DNA of 52,480 nucleotides from positions 1 to 52,480 of the forward strand of contig CAYTRT010000002.1 of assembly GCA_964440295.1 (NCBI GenBank). Direction: 5' to 3'. The position numbers and the translations under genes are program-made. Under the pieces are notes generated by a model. It saw nothing but the letters and a program-made list of their open reading frames with translations. It had not been told where the DNA came from and searched no databases. Source of the stretch: an uncultured Nitrososphaeria archaeon. GTDB taxonomy: Archaea; Thermoproteota; Nitrososphaeria_A; Caldarchaeales; Calditenuaceae. Below, one piece after another: positions 18,383 through 27,139 of the stretch. The first letter of the stretch is position 1. Each line of letters opens with the position of its first letter.

Positions 18383-19839
18383 AGGAAGTGGTAATAGACC
18401 CAATTACTAGGCTTGAAGGACACGGAAAGATAGTCATAATAATGAATGAAGAGGGCAATGTTGATCATGCATACATTCAGATACCGGAGCTTAGAGGATT
18501 TGAAAAGTTCGCGGAAGGAAGGGCAGCAGAAGACATGCCACAGATTACAGAAAGGATTTGCGGTGTGTGCCCAATGGCGCATCACATGGCCTCGACAAAG
18601 ACTCTTGATGACCTGTACAAATGTACACCCACGCCGACTGCAAGGAAGATCAGAGAATTGATGTATAACATCTTCATGCTTGAGGACCATGCCCTCCATG
18701 TGTACATACTCGGCGGCCCCGACTTCATAGTCGGCCCAACTTCGCCAAAAGAAGAAAGAAACATATTAGGAGTAATTAACAAGGTCGGTAAGGAAAATGT
18801 ATTAAAAGTAATATCGATGCGTAAAAAACTACGAGAAGTCAACCTTATGCTTGGGGGTAAGACTATACACCCGGTTGCAGGAGTGCCGGGAGGAGTTTCT
18901 AGACCGATCAAAGATGGTGAGATTGAAAAGATTAAGCAGGTAGCAAGTGAGTCCGTCGAGTTTGCAAGATTCACTCTAAAGTTGTTTAAGGACTTGGTGC
19001 TGAAGAATGATCAGTATTTCAAGCTGATTACGAGTGATGCTTATACGCATCGAACCTACTATATGGGCCTGGTTGACGAGAAGAACCGCCTCAATTTCTA
19101 CGATGGAAAAATAAGAGTAGTAGACCCCAAGGGTAGTGAATACGCAAAATTTGACGTACATCAATATTACGATTACATTGCTGAACATGTAGAGCCTTGG
19201 ACATACATCAAGTTTACATATCTTAAGAATATAGGATGGAGGGGATTCATTGATGGAGAGAACAGCGGTATATACAGTGTAGCACCACTCGCCAGGCTAA
19301 ACGTCTCTGACTCGCTGGCTACGCCTGAGGCGCAGGCTGCATTTGAAGAAATGGTGTCAATGCTAGGTAAGCCCATTCACCACACCTTGGCTAACCACTG
19401 GGCCAGAGTCATCGAGATGATCTATGCCGCGGAAAGGATTCAGGAACTAGCAAACGATCCAGAAATAACTGATACAAATATCCGTAACATTCCTAAACAT
19501 ACTCCGAGCGAGGGAATGGGGGTCACAGAAGCGCCAAGAGGCACACTCATACATCACTATAAGACAGATGAAAAAGGAGTAGTGAAGCAAGCAAACCTCA
19601 TAGTTGCCACGCAGAATAATGCCGCAAGGATTGCCTTGTCTATTGATAAGGCAGCTAAACACCTGATCCGTCAGGGCCAGATAAATGATGGATTACTGAA
19701 CATGGTAGAGATGGCCTTCAGGGCCTATGATCCATGCCACGCATGCGGGACGCACACGCTGCCAGGCAACATGCCAATTATCGTATACATATATGATACG
19801 AGTGGCAAACTACTTAACGTGGTTAGACATAATTTATAA
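18379..19839 (+). CDS. mvhA: [NiFe] hydrogenase large subunit (MvhA-type)
   Basis: RLEGHG, the L1 motif RICGVCPMAHH, the L2 motif DPCHACGTH, and a C-terminal extension for endopeptidase cleavage. Confidence 0.9.
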   Translation: MKEVVIDPITRLEGHGKIVIIMNEEGNVDHAYIQIPELRGFEKFAEGRAAEDMPQITERICGVCPMAHHMASTKTLDDLYKCTPTPTARKIRELMYNIFMLEDHALHVYILGGPDFIVGPTSPKEERNILGVINKVGKENVLKVISMRKKLREVNLMLGGKTIHPVAGVPGGVSRPIKDGEIEKIKQVASESVEFARFTLKLFKDLVLKNDQYFKLITSDAYTHRTYYMGLVDEKNRLNFYDGKIRVVDPKGSEYAKFDVHQYYDYIAEHVEPWTYIKFTYLKNIGWRGFIDGENSGIYSVAPLARLNVSDSLATPEAQAAFEEMVSMLGKPIHHTLANHWARVIEMIYAAERIQELANDPEITDTNIRNIPKHTPSEGMGVTEAPRGTLIHHYKTDEKGVVKQANLIVATQNNAARIALSIDKAAKHLIRQGQINDGLLNMVEMAFRAYDPCHACGTHTLPGNMPIIVYIYDTSGKLLNVVRHNL

Positions 19840-19845
19840 TCAGTC

Positions 19846-20337
19846 GTGAAGATGGCAGTTCTTTTCCTCGGTAACCCGATTTTTAAGGACGATGCGATCG
19901 GTATAGAGGTTGGGAAAAGATTATTGGATAAACTTGAAAATTTGGGTATAGAGGTTTTCATCTTAGAGAGGACTGGGCTCTCGCTCCTAGACTATATTTT
20001 AGGATATGATAGCGTCGTAATTGTTGATAGCTTTAAAAGTAATCAACACCCTATAGGAGATGTTTATGAGCTGCCCCAAGATTCACTAATGCCGCAGAAA
20101 ATATTCTCACTACATTATGCTGGACTGCCAGAGGCACTGATGGCTATTCACGCGTTAAAACCCGCTCAACCTACTACAATTCACATAGTCGCCATAGAAA
20201 CAAATGATCCCTATACGATTTCTGAAGAAATGTCCGTAGAAATTTCTAATAAGCTGGAAACCATAACAAATAACGTCTTTAACATGATCATTAAAATAAT
20301 GAATCGAGGTGTTTTTAATAATTGCAGTCAAGTATAA
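19846..20337 (+). CDS. hydrogenase maturation endopeptidase
   Basis: N-terminal LFLGNPIFKDDAIGIEVG (GNxxxxDDxxG) motif, about 160 aa, directly after the large subunit. Confidence 0.8.
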   Translation: MKMAVLFLGNPIFKDDAIGIEVGKRLLDKLENLGIEVFILERTGLSLLDYILGYDSVVIVDSFKSNQHPIGDVYELPQDSLMPQKIFSLHYAGLPEALMAIHALKPAQPTTIHIVAIETNDPYTISEEMSVEISNKLETITNNVFNMIIKIMNRGVFNNCSQV

Positions 20338-21545
20338 GAGTGATTGAGGATGCATTCCGAAATAATCGGGAACTTGCATCATCATTGGTTAAGATAATTG
20401 AGAAATATGCTGAGAAAATTGATAAAGAACAGCTGAGTGGCAGCGCGCCCATCAAGATTATGCATTTCTGCGGTACGCATGAATGGACAATAACGCACTA
20501 CGGCCTGAGAAGCTTACTGCCGCAAAACGTTGAACTCGTAGCCGGCCCGGGATGTCCCGTGTGTGTTGTACCGTCAAATTACATAGACTTGTCTATTAAA
20601 CTCTCGCTTGAAGGATGCGTAGTTTACACTTATGGTGATGCCTTACGGCTTCCTTCCAACAAGCCTAAATCACAGGCTAGGTCGTTGCTCGAGGCGAAGG
20701 CAGTTGGAGGAGAAGTCAAAGTAGTGTATTCCTTCTTGGATGCAGTTAGAGATGCAAAGACTCATAGTAGGGACAGTGTGTTTCTAGGGATAGGCTTTGA
20801 GACAGTGCTACCCATGTATGGATTTTTATTCCACAAAAAAGAAGTACCAACAAATCTTAAGTTTTTAAGTCTTGTCCGCCTCACACCGCCGGCAATGAAG
20901 TATACTATCAAGCTGTATAAAGAGAGGGGACTGCTTCCAATAATGGGAATCATAGCGCCCGGACACGTTTCAACCGTCATCGGTGGCGAGGAATGGCGCT
21001 TCTTACCTAGGAACTTTAATCTTCCAACCGTAGTTGCAGGCTTCGAGCCGATAGACGTCTTGATGTCTATTGCCTCAATCCTCAAGATGATTAATGATAA
21101 GAAACCAGACCTAGAAATCGAGTATAAAAGACTAGTTAAGACAGACGGAAACCCGCAAATGAGAAGAGTGATAGAAGAGGTCTTTGAGCCGGTATATGCT
21201 GCATGGAGAGGGATAGGCATGATAGCGAGGAGTGGATTAAAACTTCGCCCGGAGTTTGGACAAGTCTATGACGCCTTCGAGTACTTCGGCATCAAGGATG
21301 TATCGCCATCTGAGTACGTGATGACGCATGCACATTTCGGCGATGCGGGAAGCTATGACGTCCCGCCAAACTGTAGATGCGGCGAGGTCGTGCTTGGGAT
21401 ATCTAAACCGACAGACTGCCCGTTATTCATGAAGTCATGCACCCCTGAGTCGCCTTGGGGGCCCTGTATGGTTTCTTCAGAGGGGACCTGTAACGTCTGG
21501 GCAAAATACGGTCAGATGGAGAAGATCAAGATGAAGATAAGGTGA
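20322..21545 (+). CDS. hypD: hydrogenase maturation protein HypD
   Basis: Conserved motifs MHFCGTHEW, GPGCPVCV, GFETV and PCMVSSEGTC. The start is TTG 20322 or GTG 20340. Confidence 0.9.
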   Translation: MQSSIRVIEDAFRNNRELASSLVKIIEKYAEKIDKEQLSGSAPIKIMHFCGTHEWTITHYGLRSLLPQNVELVAGPGCPVCVVPSNYIDLSIKLSLEGCVVYTYGDALRLPSNKPKSQARSLLEAKAVGGEVKVVYSFLDAVRDAKTHSRDSVFLGIGFETVLPMYGFLFHKKEVPTNLKFLSLVRLTPPAMKYTIKLYKERGLLPIMGIIAPGHVSTVIGGEEWRFLPRNFNLPTVVAGFEPIDVLMSIASILKMINDKKPDLEIEYKRLVKTDGNPQMRRVIEEVFEPVYAAWRGIGMIARSGLKLRPEFGQVYDAFEYFGIKDVSPSEYVMTHAHFGDAGSYDVPPNCRCGEVVLGISKPTDCPLFMKSCTPESPWGPCMVSSEGTCNVWAKYGQMEKIKMKIR

Positions 21546-21550
21546 GAAGT

Positions 21551-22375
21551 ATGTGTTGGGGAACGCCGGGCAAGGTTTTGGAGATAGACAATGAAAATAA
21601 AATAGCCAAGATAGACTTTGGTGGAGTAGTCAGAGAGGCATTAATAGCTATTGATGACCTAAAAGTGGGAGAATTTGTAATGGTTCATGCAGGAGTCATA
21701 ATTGGGAAAATGGATTCAAGAGACGTGGCGGTAAATTTGGCTCTATATTCTGAGCTAGCGGAGATGGCATATAGAGACATGGGACTCGATGAGGATGAGG
21801 CAAGAACCAAGGCAAGGACAGAACTCAATAAATTATTCTCAAATTTAGGAATTGATCCCAAAGGCATCGATGAAGTAAAAAGTCAGATAGACGAAAAAGA
21901 GGATGATGACGAAAAGTATAGTAAAGTAGAAATTCCAAAAAATGCGTTTAGAAAAGTCTACAGGGTATCCCTCTCCGACACAGATTACTTACAAGTCATG
22001 CACTACACTAATTACTTCAGATTCTGTGAGAGGTGTCAACAGGAATTATTAGCAAGCGTGGGATTTAGCTATTCAGTCTTGATTCATAAATTTGGCCGCT
22101 TCATACCTACTGTTGAGACGGGTGGAAAAATTCTTTCACCAGTCAGAATAGACAATGAGATTGAAGTGATTGTCTGGGTCGAGGAGATTGGTAGAAAGCA
22201 CGTGAAGTTCCATAACTTAATATGGAATAGAACTTCTGACAGGCTTGCCGCAGATATTTACACGGTTGGTGTGTGTACGGACACTTCCATAACAGAGTCG
22301 ATGGAGCTTCCAGAAGGGTTTGCCAAGGCTCTTGAGCCGTTCATCTATAAGCCCAAAACCGGTGAGGGTTGGTGA
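21551..22375 (+). CDS. hypC: HypC fused to a YbgC/4HBT-type hotdog thioesterase domain
   Basis: The ATG at 21551 gives the obligatory MC N-terminus (MCWGTPGKV). An acidic linker follows. The C-terminal domain from about 21944 has the 4HBT motif SDTDYLQVMHYTNYFRFCE. Confidence 0.8.
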   Translation: MCWGTPGKVLEIDNENKIAKIDFGGVVREALIAIDDLKVGEFVMVHAGVIIGKMDSRDVAVNLALYSELAEMAYRDMGLDEDEARTKARTELNKLFSNLGIDPKGIDEVKSQIDEKEDDDEKYSKVEIPKNAFRKVYRVSLSDTDYLQVMHYTNYFRFCERCQQELLASVGFSYSVLIHKFGRFIPTVETGGKILSPVRIDNEIEVIVWVEEIGRKHVKFHNLIWNRTSDRLAADIYTVGVCTDTSITESMELPEGFAKALEPFIYKPKTGEGW

Positions 22376-23427
22376 ATAACGTCACGATGCTCCATGGCGC
22401 TGGTGGAAAATACATGCTGCAGTTCATTCATAAGTACATTCTGAAATATTTCGGCGACCTAGGAAGGGATATTGATGTTCCCCTACTTCTATTGGAGGAC
22501 TCAGCGATCGTTAATGGCATCGCGTTTACGACAGACTCCTACACAGTTCATCCATTGTTCTTCCCTGGCGGAGACATAGGAAGAATGGCCGTATGTGGAA
22601 CGGTAAACGACCTAGCAGTTAAGGGGGCTACGAAAATTCTCGGTATATCGTGCGGACTGATAATAGAGGAGGGCCTCGAACTGTCTGATGTGGAGCGAGT
22701 GTTAAGCAGCATGAGGGCAGCTGCAATCGAGGCAGAGACATCCATAGTTACTGGAGATACAAAAGTAGTTGAGAAGGGACGAGCTGACAAACTCTTAATC
22801 AACTGTTCCGGGATAGGAGTTCCGGAGGAGGAATTAACGAGCAATTACGAGACAATCAAGAGAAGCAGGAGCGAAGACACTTCGATGTGGCTGATAACTA
22901 AGAATATTAGGCCTGGAGACAGATTGATAATAAATGGCCCAATCGGCGATCACGCAGTAGCCATATTAACAGCGCGCGGCGAACTAGGCTTTGAGTCCGA
23001 TGTAAAGTCAGACAACGCGCCCCTAAACAAACTCATGAGAAAGGCCTTAGAGGTGGGAGGAGTTACTTGCGCAAAAGATCCTACTCGTGGAGGATTGGCG
23101 GGGCTATTGAACGAGTGGGCAGAAAATACGGGACTTGGATTCGTAATTCGTGAAGACTCGATACCGATGAGCCCCGCTGCCAGGGCTGCCTCCGAACTGC
23201 TGGGGATCGACATGCTAGAAGTGGGGAATGAGGGGAAAGTCGTGATGTGTGTCTTGAACGACAAGGCAGAAGAAGTTTTAGAATCCATTAAGAGATCGGG
23301 CTGGGAGCAGGCAAGCATTATTGGATACGTGACGGACTCGTTCAAAGGTGTGATTCTAGAGACAACTATCGGAGGCAAGAGAATAATTCCTCCGCCCATA
23401 GGGGACCCGGTACCTAGAATATGCTAA
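22369..23427 (+). CDS. hypE: hydrogenase maturation protein HypE
   Basis: AIR-synthase-like fold, MLHGAGGK N-terminus, and the C-terminal PRIC motif. Confidence 0.9.
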   Translation: MVNNVTMLHGAGGKYMLQFIHKYILKYFGDLGRDIDVPLLLLEDSAIVNGIAFTTDSYTVHPLFFPGGDIGRMAVCGTVNDLAVKGATKILGISCGLIIEEGLELSDVERVLSSMRAAAIEAETSIVTGDTKVVEKGRADKLLINCSGIGVPEEELTSNYETIKRSRSEDTSMWLITKNIRPGDRLIINGPIGDHAVAILTARGELGFESDVKSDNAPLNKLMRKALEVGGVTCAKDPTRGGLAGLLNEWAENTGLGFVIREDSIPMSPAARAASELLGIDMLEVGNEGKVVMCVLNDKAEEVLESIKRSGWEQASIIGYVTDSFKGVILETTIGGKRIIPPPIGDPVPRIC

Positions 23428-25730
23428 GTGCCGCCAAGCTAACGATAACTGGAGTAGTCCAAGGCGTGGGCTTCAGGCCCGCAATTACTCGCCTCGCTTT
23501 AAGCCTCGGAGTTAAAGGCTATGTCAAGAATCTTGGTGGCGGAGAGGTAGAGATCTGGGTTGAGGGAGAGAGTGAAAAGGTTGATTCATTCATTAAGTCA
23601 GTCGAGGGAGGCGTAACCCCGACTGCGAGAATAGAGAGAGTAGTAGTCAGCGATGTAGAACCACAGGGCATGAGGAGTTTTACAATACTCAAAAGCACTC
23701 CAGAATCAATTCTCATTTCACAGATTCCGCCCGACATTGGAATATGTAAATGGTGTTTAGACGAAATTATTGATAAAGAGTCTCGGAGATACTACTATGC
23801 CTTTAACTCTTGTGCATGGTGTGGTCCGAGATACTCAATCATTGAAAGTCTGCCATATGATCGAGAGAACACTAGCTGGCGAGATTTCCCGCTCTGTAAT
23901 AACTGCGCTGAAGAATATAACGATCCCCAAAACGTTAGGCGGTTCCATGCCGAAGGAAATAGCTGTCCAGTATGTGGACCCAAAATAGATTTACTTGATA
24001 ATGAGCTAAAATCAATGAATGTCGAGGATCCTATTCTCGAGGCAGCTAAGCTTATCGATGAGGGATACATAGTTGCTGTCAAAGGAATAGGTGGATACCA
24101 CCTAGCATCTCTAGCTTCAGATGACGACGTAGTCTTAAAGCTACGTCTCAGGAAAAAGCGTCCGAGACAACCCTTCGCCGTGATGGTGCTAGATATTGAG
24201 ACTGCGAAAAGGCTCGTGATAATCAACGATAAAGCTGAGAGATTGCTGAATAGCTACGAGAGGCCAATAGTGATTTTACGCAGGGCCTCAAACTCTAATG
24301 TTTCTCCATTAATAGCGCCCGGATTAAATAGTTTGGGAATTTTCCTACCATATACGGGCCTCCACTACTTTATTTTAAAAAATTTAAGAGACAAGTTTGT
24401 GGTGATGACCAGCGGAAACCCGACAGGCCAACCAATGATTACTAGTGAAGATCAGCTGTGGAAATTAGGCAAAGTCGCTGATTTCTTTCTCGTCCACAAC
24501 AGACGCATTATTAATAGGGTGGACGATTCCGTTGTCAGATTCACTAATGGCGAAGTACAATTCTTAAGGAGGGCAAGGGGCTTTGCACCCACATGGATCG
24601 AGAGCGATCACAGGTTTAATAGGCCCGTCATTGCTTTTGGGTCTGATCTTCACAACGTAGGTGCTGTTGCTTTAGAGAATAAAATAATTCCCACACAATA
24701 CATAGGCGACGTAGATGAGTACGAATGCTTCAAAGACCTTGAAGAGTACTTGACCCGACTATGCAAATACTATAGGATTAACCCAAAAGACGCAGTCCTA
24801 GTCTCTGACATGCATCCTCTGTATAGATCATCGCTATTGGCGGAGAGATGGAGCGAAACATATGGATCAGAGCTAATCAAGGTACAACATCATAAGGCGC
24901 ATATGGCATCTGTCATGCTAGATAATTTTCACCCGGTTGATGAGCCTGCAGTTGTAATAGCGATTGATGGCGCTGGTTACGGCGATGACGGCGCCATATG
25001 GGGAGGAGAAATACTTGCTTGGGATGGAGAAAAAGCAGATAGAAAGTCTCATCTTGAGTATCAAGTCATGCCTGGAGGCGATCTAGCGACTAGATTTCCA
25101 GCGAGAATGCTCACGTCCATCCTCAGCAAAGTTATGAGTGAAGAAGAGATAATTAATCTCTACGAGAGAAAAGGATTGATAGATTATTTTCCGAGGGGCA
25201 TTGAAGAGCTTCACCAGTGCGTCATCTACGCGAAGTCAGGTAAGGGTCCACGAACTTCTAGTACTGGCCGACTCCTTGACAGCGTATCGGCTCTCTTGAA
25301 GCTATGCAAGGAGCGTACGTATGAGGGGGAGCCTGCAATTTTGCTAGAAGACCATGCATGGATGGGCAGCAAGATAGAACTAGCAATTCCAGATCCAAAG
25401 AATGAGGAAGAAATCATACCTACCACTGATTTGGTCTATCAGCTGGCATGCCTAGCAGACAGCTTGAAGAGCTGGGACATAGCCTATACTGCACAGTTAA
25501 CTATTGGCAAATTGTTGGGTATGGCCGCAGTAAACGTGGCAATCGACCTCGAAGTGGGTGTAGTCTATGTTAGCGGAGGCGCAGCAGTAAACGACTACAT
25601 TATTCAAGGAATCCAATCATCGATAAAGGATGCAGGGTTAACGCTCCGAATGCATAAAAGATTACCTCCCAACGATGGCTGCATATCGGCTGGACAGGCA
25701 TTCATGGCAAAAATGTTAGAATTTGTTTAA
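23421..25730 (+). CDS. hypF: carbamoyltransferase HypF
   Basis: Acylphosphatase domain (GVVQGVGFRP), two Zn-finger pairs (CKWC, CAWCGPRYS, CNNC, CPVCGP), and YrdC and Kae1-like domains. Confidence 0.92.
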   Translation: MLSAAKLTITGVVQGVGFRPAITRLALSLGVKGYVKNLGGGEVEIWVEGESEKVDSFIKSVEGGVTPTARIERVVVSDVEPQGMRSFTILKSTPESILISQIPPDIGICKWCLDEIIDKESRRYYYAFNSCAWCGPRYSIIESLPYDRENTSWRDFPLCNNCAEEYNDPQNVRRFHAEGNSCPVCGPKIDLLDNELKSMNVEDPILEAAKLIDEGYIVAVKGIGGYHLASLASDDDVVLKLRLRKKRPRQPFAVMVLDIETAKRLVIINDKAERLLNSYERPIVILRRASNSNVSPLIAPGLNSLGIFLPYTGLHYFILKNLRDKFVVMTSGNPTGQPMITSEDQLWKLGKVADFFLVHNRRIINRVDDSVVRFTNGEVQFLRRARGFAPTWIESDHRFNRPVIAFGSDLHNVGAVALENKIIPTQYIGDVDEYECFKDLEEYLTRLCKYYRINPKDAVLVSDMHPLYRSSLLAERWSETYGSELIKVQHHKAHMASVMLDNFHPVDEPAVVIAIDGAGYGDDGAIWGGEILAWDGEKADRKSHLEYQVMPGGDLATRFPARMLTSILSKVMSEEEIINLYERKGLIDYFPRGIEELHQCVIYAKSGKGPRTSSTGRLLDSVSALLKLCKERTYEGEPAILLEDHAWMGSKIELAIPDPKNEEEIIPTTDLVYQLACLADSLKSWDIAYTAQLTIGKLLGMAAVNVAIDLEVGVVYVSGGAAVNDYIIQGIQSSIKDAGLTLRMHKRLPPNDGCISAGQAFMAKMLEFV

Positions 25731-25855
25731 GGATAATTCGTCAACATGCTCAGCCGCGCCTTTAGGCATTATGGAGTAGTTTTAGGCCGCCTCTAGTGAA
25801 AATTTACACATACTTGAAAATACAAATTTTATAGCCGCGTCATTCAATCCCTAAC

Positions 25856-27139
25856 ATGGTAACCAGCAATCCTAGTAGGAGAAGGTTTCTGGCATCTGTC
25901 AAAAACGCCGCTGTAGGAGGCGTCCTTGCAGGTGCATTAGCCGGTGCGGCGGGTACATATCTTGCGACGGGAGGAGCAAAGACGACAACCGTAGAGAAAA
26001 CCGTCACTGTCGAGACCAAGAAATTCATTAAGGCAGGATATATCTACATTGGCCCAGCTAAGGATTATGGATGGTCCTACTCTCACGACCAAGGTAGACA
26101 GTGGGCTGATAGGAGAATGCCATCTGCAAAGAGCACCTACATTGAGGGCGTCAGTGATGCGGACGTTAAGAGTGCCATGAGGGGGTTAATTGAGGGAGAA
26201 AATGTAGACCTAGTAGTCGGAACGAGCTTCGGCTACATGGACTCTATGGCTGAGCTGGCTGCGCAGTATCCTGAGAAGTATTTCCTCCACATAAATGGCT
26301 TTAGGGCAGGAGTTCTTGGGAACGCGCCCATGAATATGTCGGTTGCCGACATCAATACATATCAAATATACTATCTCGAGGGACTTGCGGCGGGTAGTGT
26401 GACTAAGACTGGAGCAGTAGGAATAGTCGCTACATTTCCCGTCCCAGTTGTGGTTAGACTCGTGAATGCATTTGCCATCGGAGCACATTATGCCTACAAG
26501 AAGAGAACGGGAAAAGACATTAAGATGCAGCTTGTTTGGCTAATGACGTGGTTCGACCCTACAAAGGCTAGGGATGCCGCAATTTCTCTAATAGAAACAA
26601 TCGATGCAGACGTGCTCAGCTCCTCTGAGGACTCGCCGACGGTATTGCAAGTAGCAGAGGAGTACACCACCAAGAAGGGAAGAAAGACGTGGGGCTTCAG
26701 TCACTATACCAATATGTACGAGTACGGCCCTAACTCGCATCTGACAGGACACATAGTAAACTGGGGAGTAATATATTTGGAGTTTTACAAAGCCATAGCG
26801 ACTGGTACGTGGGAGTCAGTCGATATATGGGCGAGACTTGGAGATTATCTGCCCTCAAGATGGGCGAAACCTCCTGAACAAAGCACAGTGGGCAAACCTG
26901 AAGGGCCTGTCTATATGGCCCAGCTTAACCCAGCCATACCCGAAGAGTGGCAACTCGAGATTAAGAGGAGATATGAACAGATGAAGGAAGGACTATTCGA
27001 GCCCTTCAGCAGCGAGGCGAACCTAGACGAGCCCATCAGAGACCAGAACGGCGAGATAAGAATCCCAGCAGGGGGAAGAGCCGATAGAAACATGCTGATG
27101 AACATGGACTGGATAGTAGAGTACATTGGACAAACATGA
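25856..27139 (+). CDS. BMP-family (PnrA-like) substrate-binding protein with Tat-type signal
   Basis: SRRRFLASV twin-arginine motif plus a hydrophobic helix. The BMP-like body begins GYIYIGPAKDYGWSYSHDQG. Confidence 0.7.
   Translation: MVTSNPSRRRFLASVKNAAVGGVLAGALAGAAGTYLATGGAKTTTVEKTVTVETKKFIKAGYIYIGPAKDYGWSYSHDQGRQWADRRMPSAKSTYIEGVSDADVKSAMRGLIEGENVDLVVGTSFGYMDSMAELAAQYPEKYFLHINGFRAGVLGNAPMNMSVADINTYQIYYLEGLAAGSVTKTGAVGIVATFPVPVVVRLVNAFAIGAHYAYKKRTGKDIKMQLVWLMTWFDPTKARDAAISLIETIDADVLSSSEDSPTVLQVAEEYTTKKGRKTWGFSHYTNMYEYGPNSHLTGHIVNWGVIYLEFYKAIATGTWESVDIWARLGDYLPSRWAKPPEQSTVGKPEGPVYMAQLNPAIPEEWQLEIKRRYEQMKEGLFEPFSSEANLDEPIRDQNGEIRIPAGGRADRNMLMNMDWIVEYIGQT

Noticed and set aside
13669-19839. 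Possible selenocysteine (in-frame TGA) in HdrA or the Mvh subunits, as occurs in some methanogens.
   Set aside because: All of these ORFs are uninterrupted and encode Cys at the conserved positions. There is no in-frame TGA.
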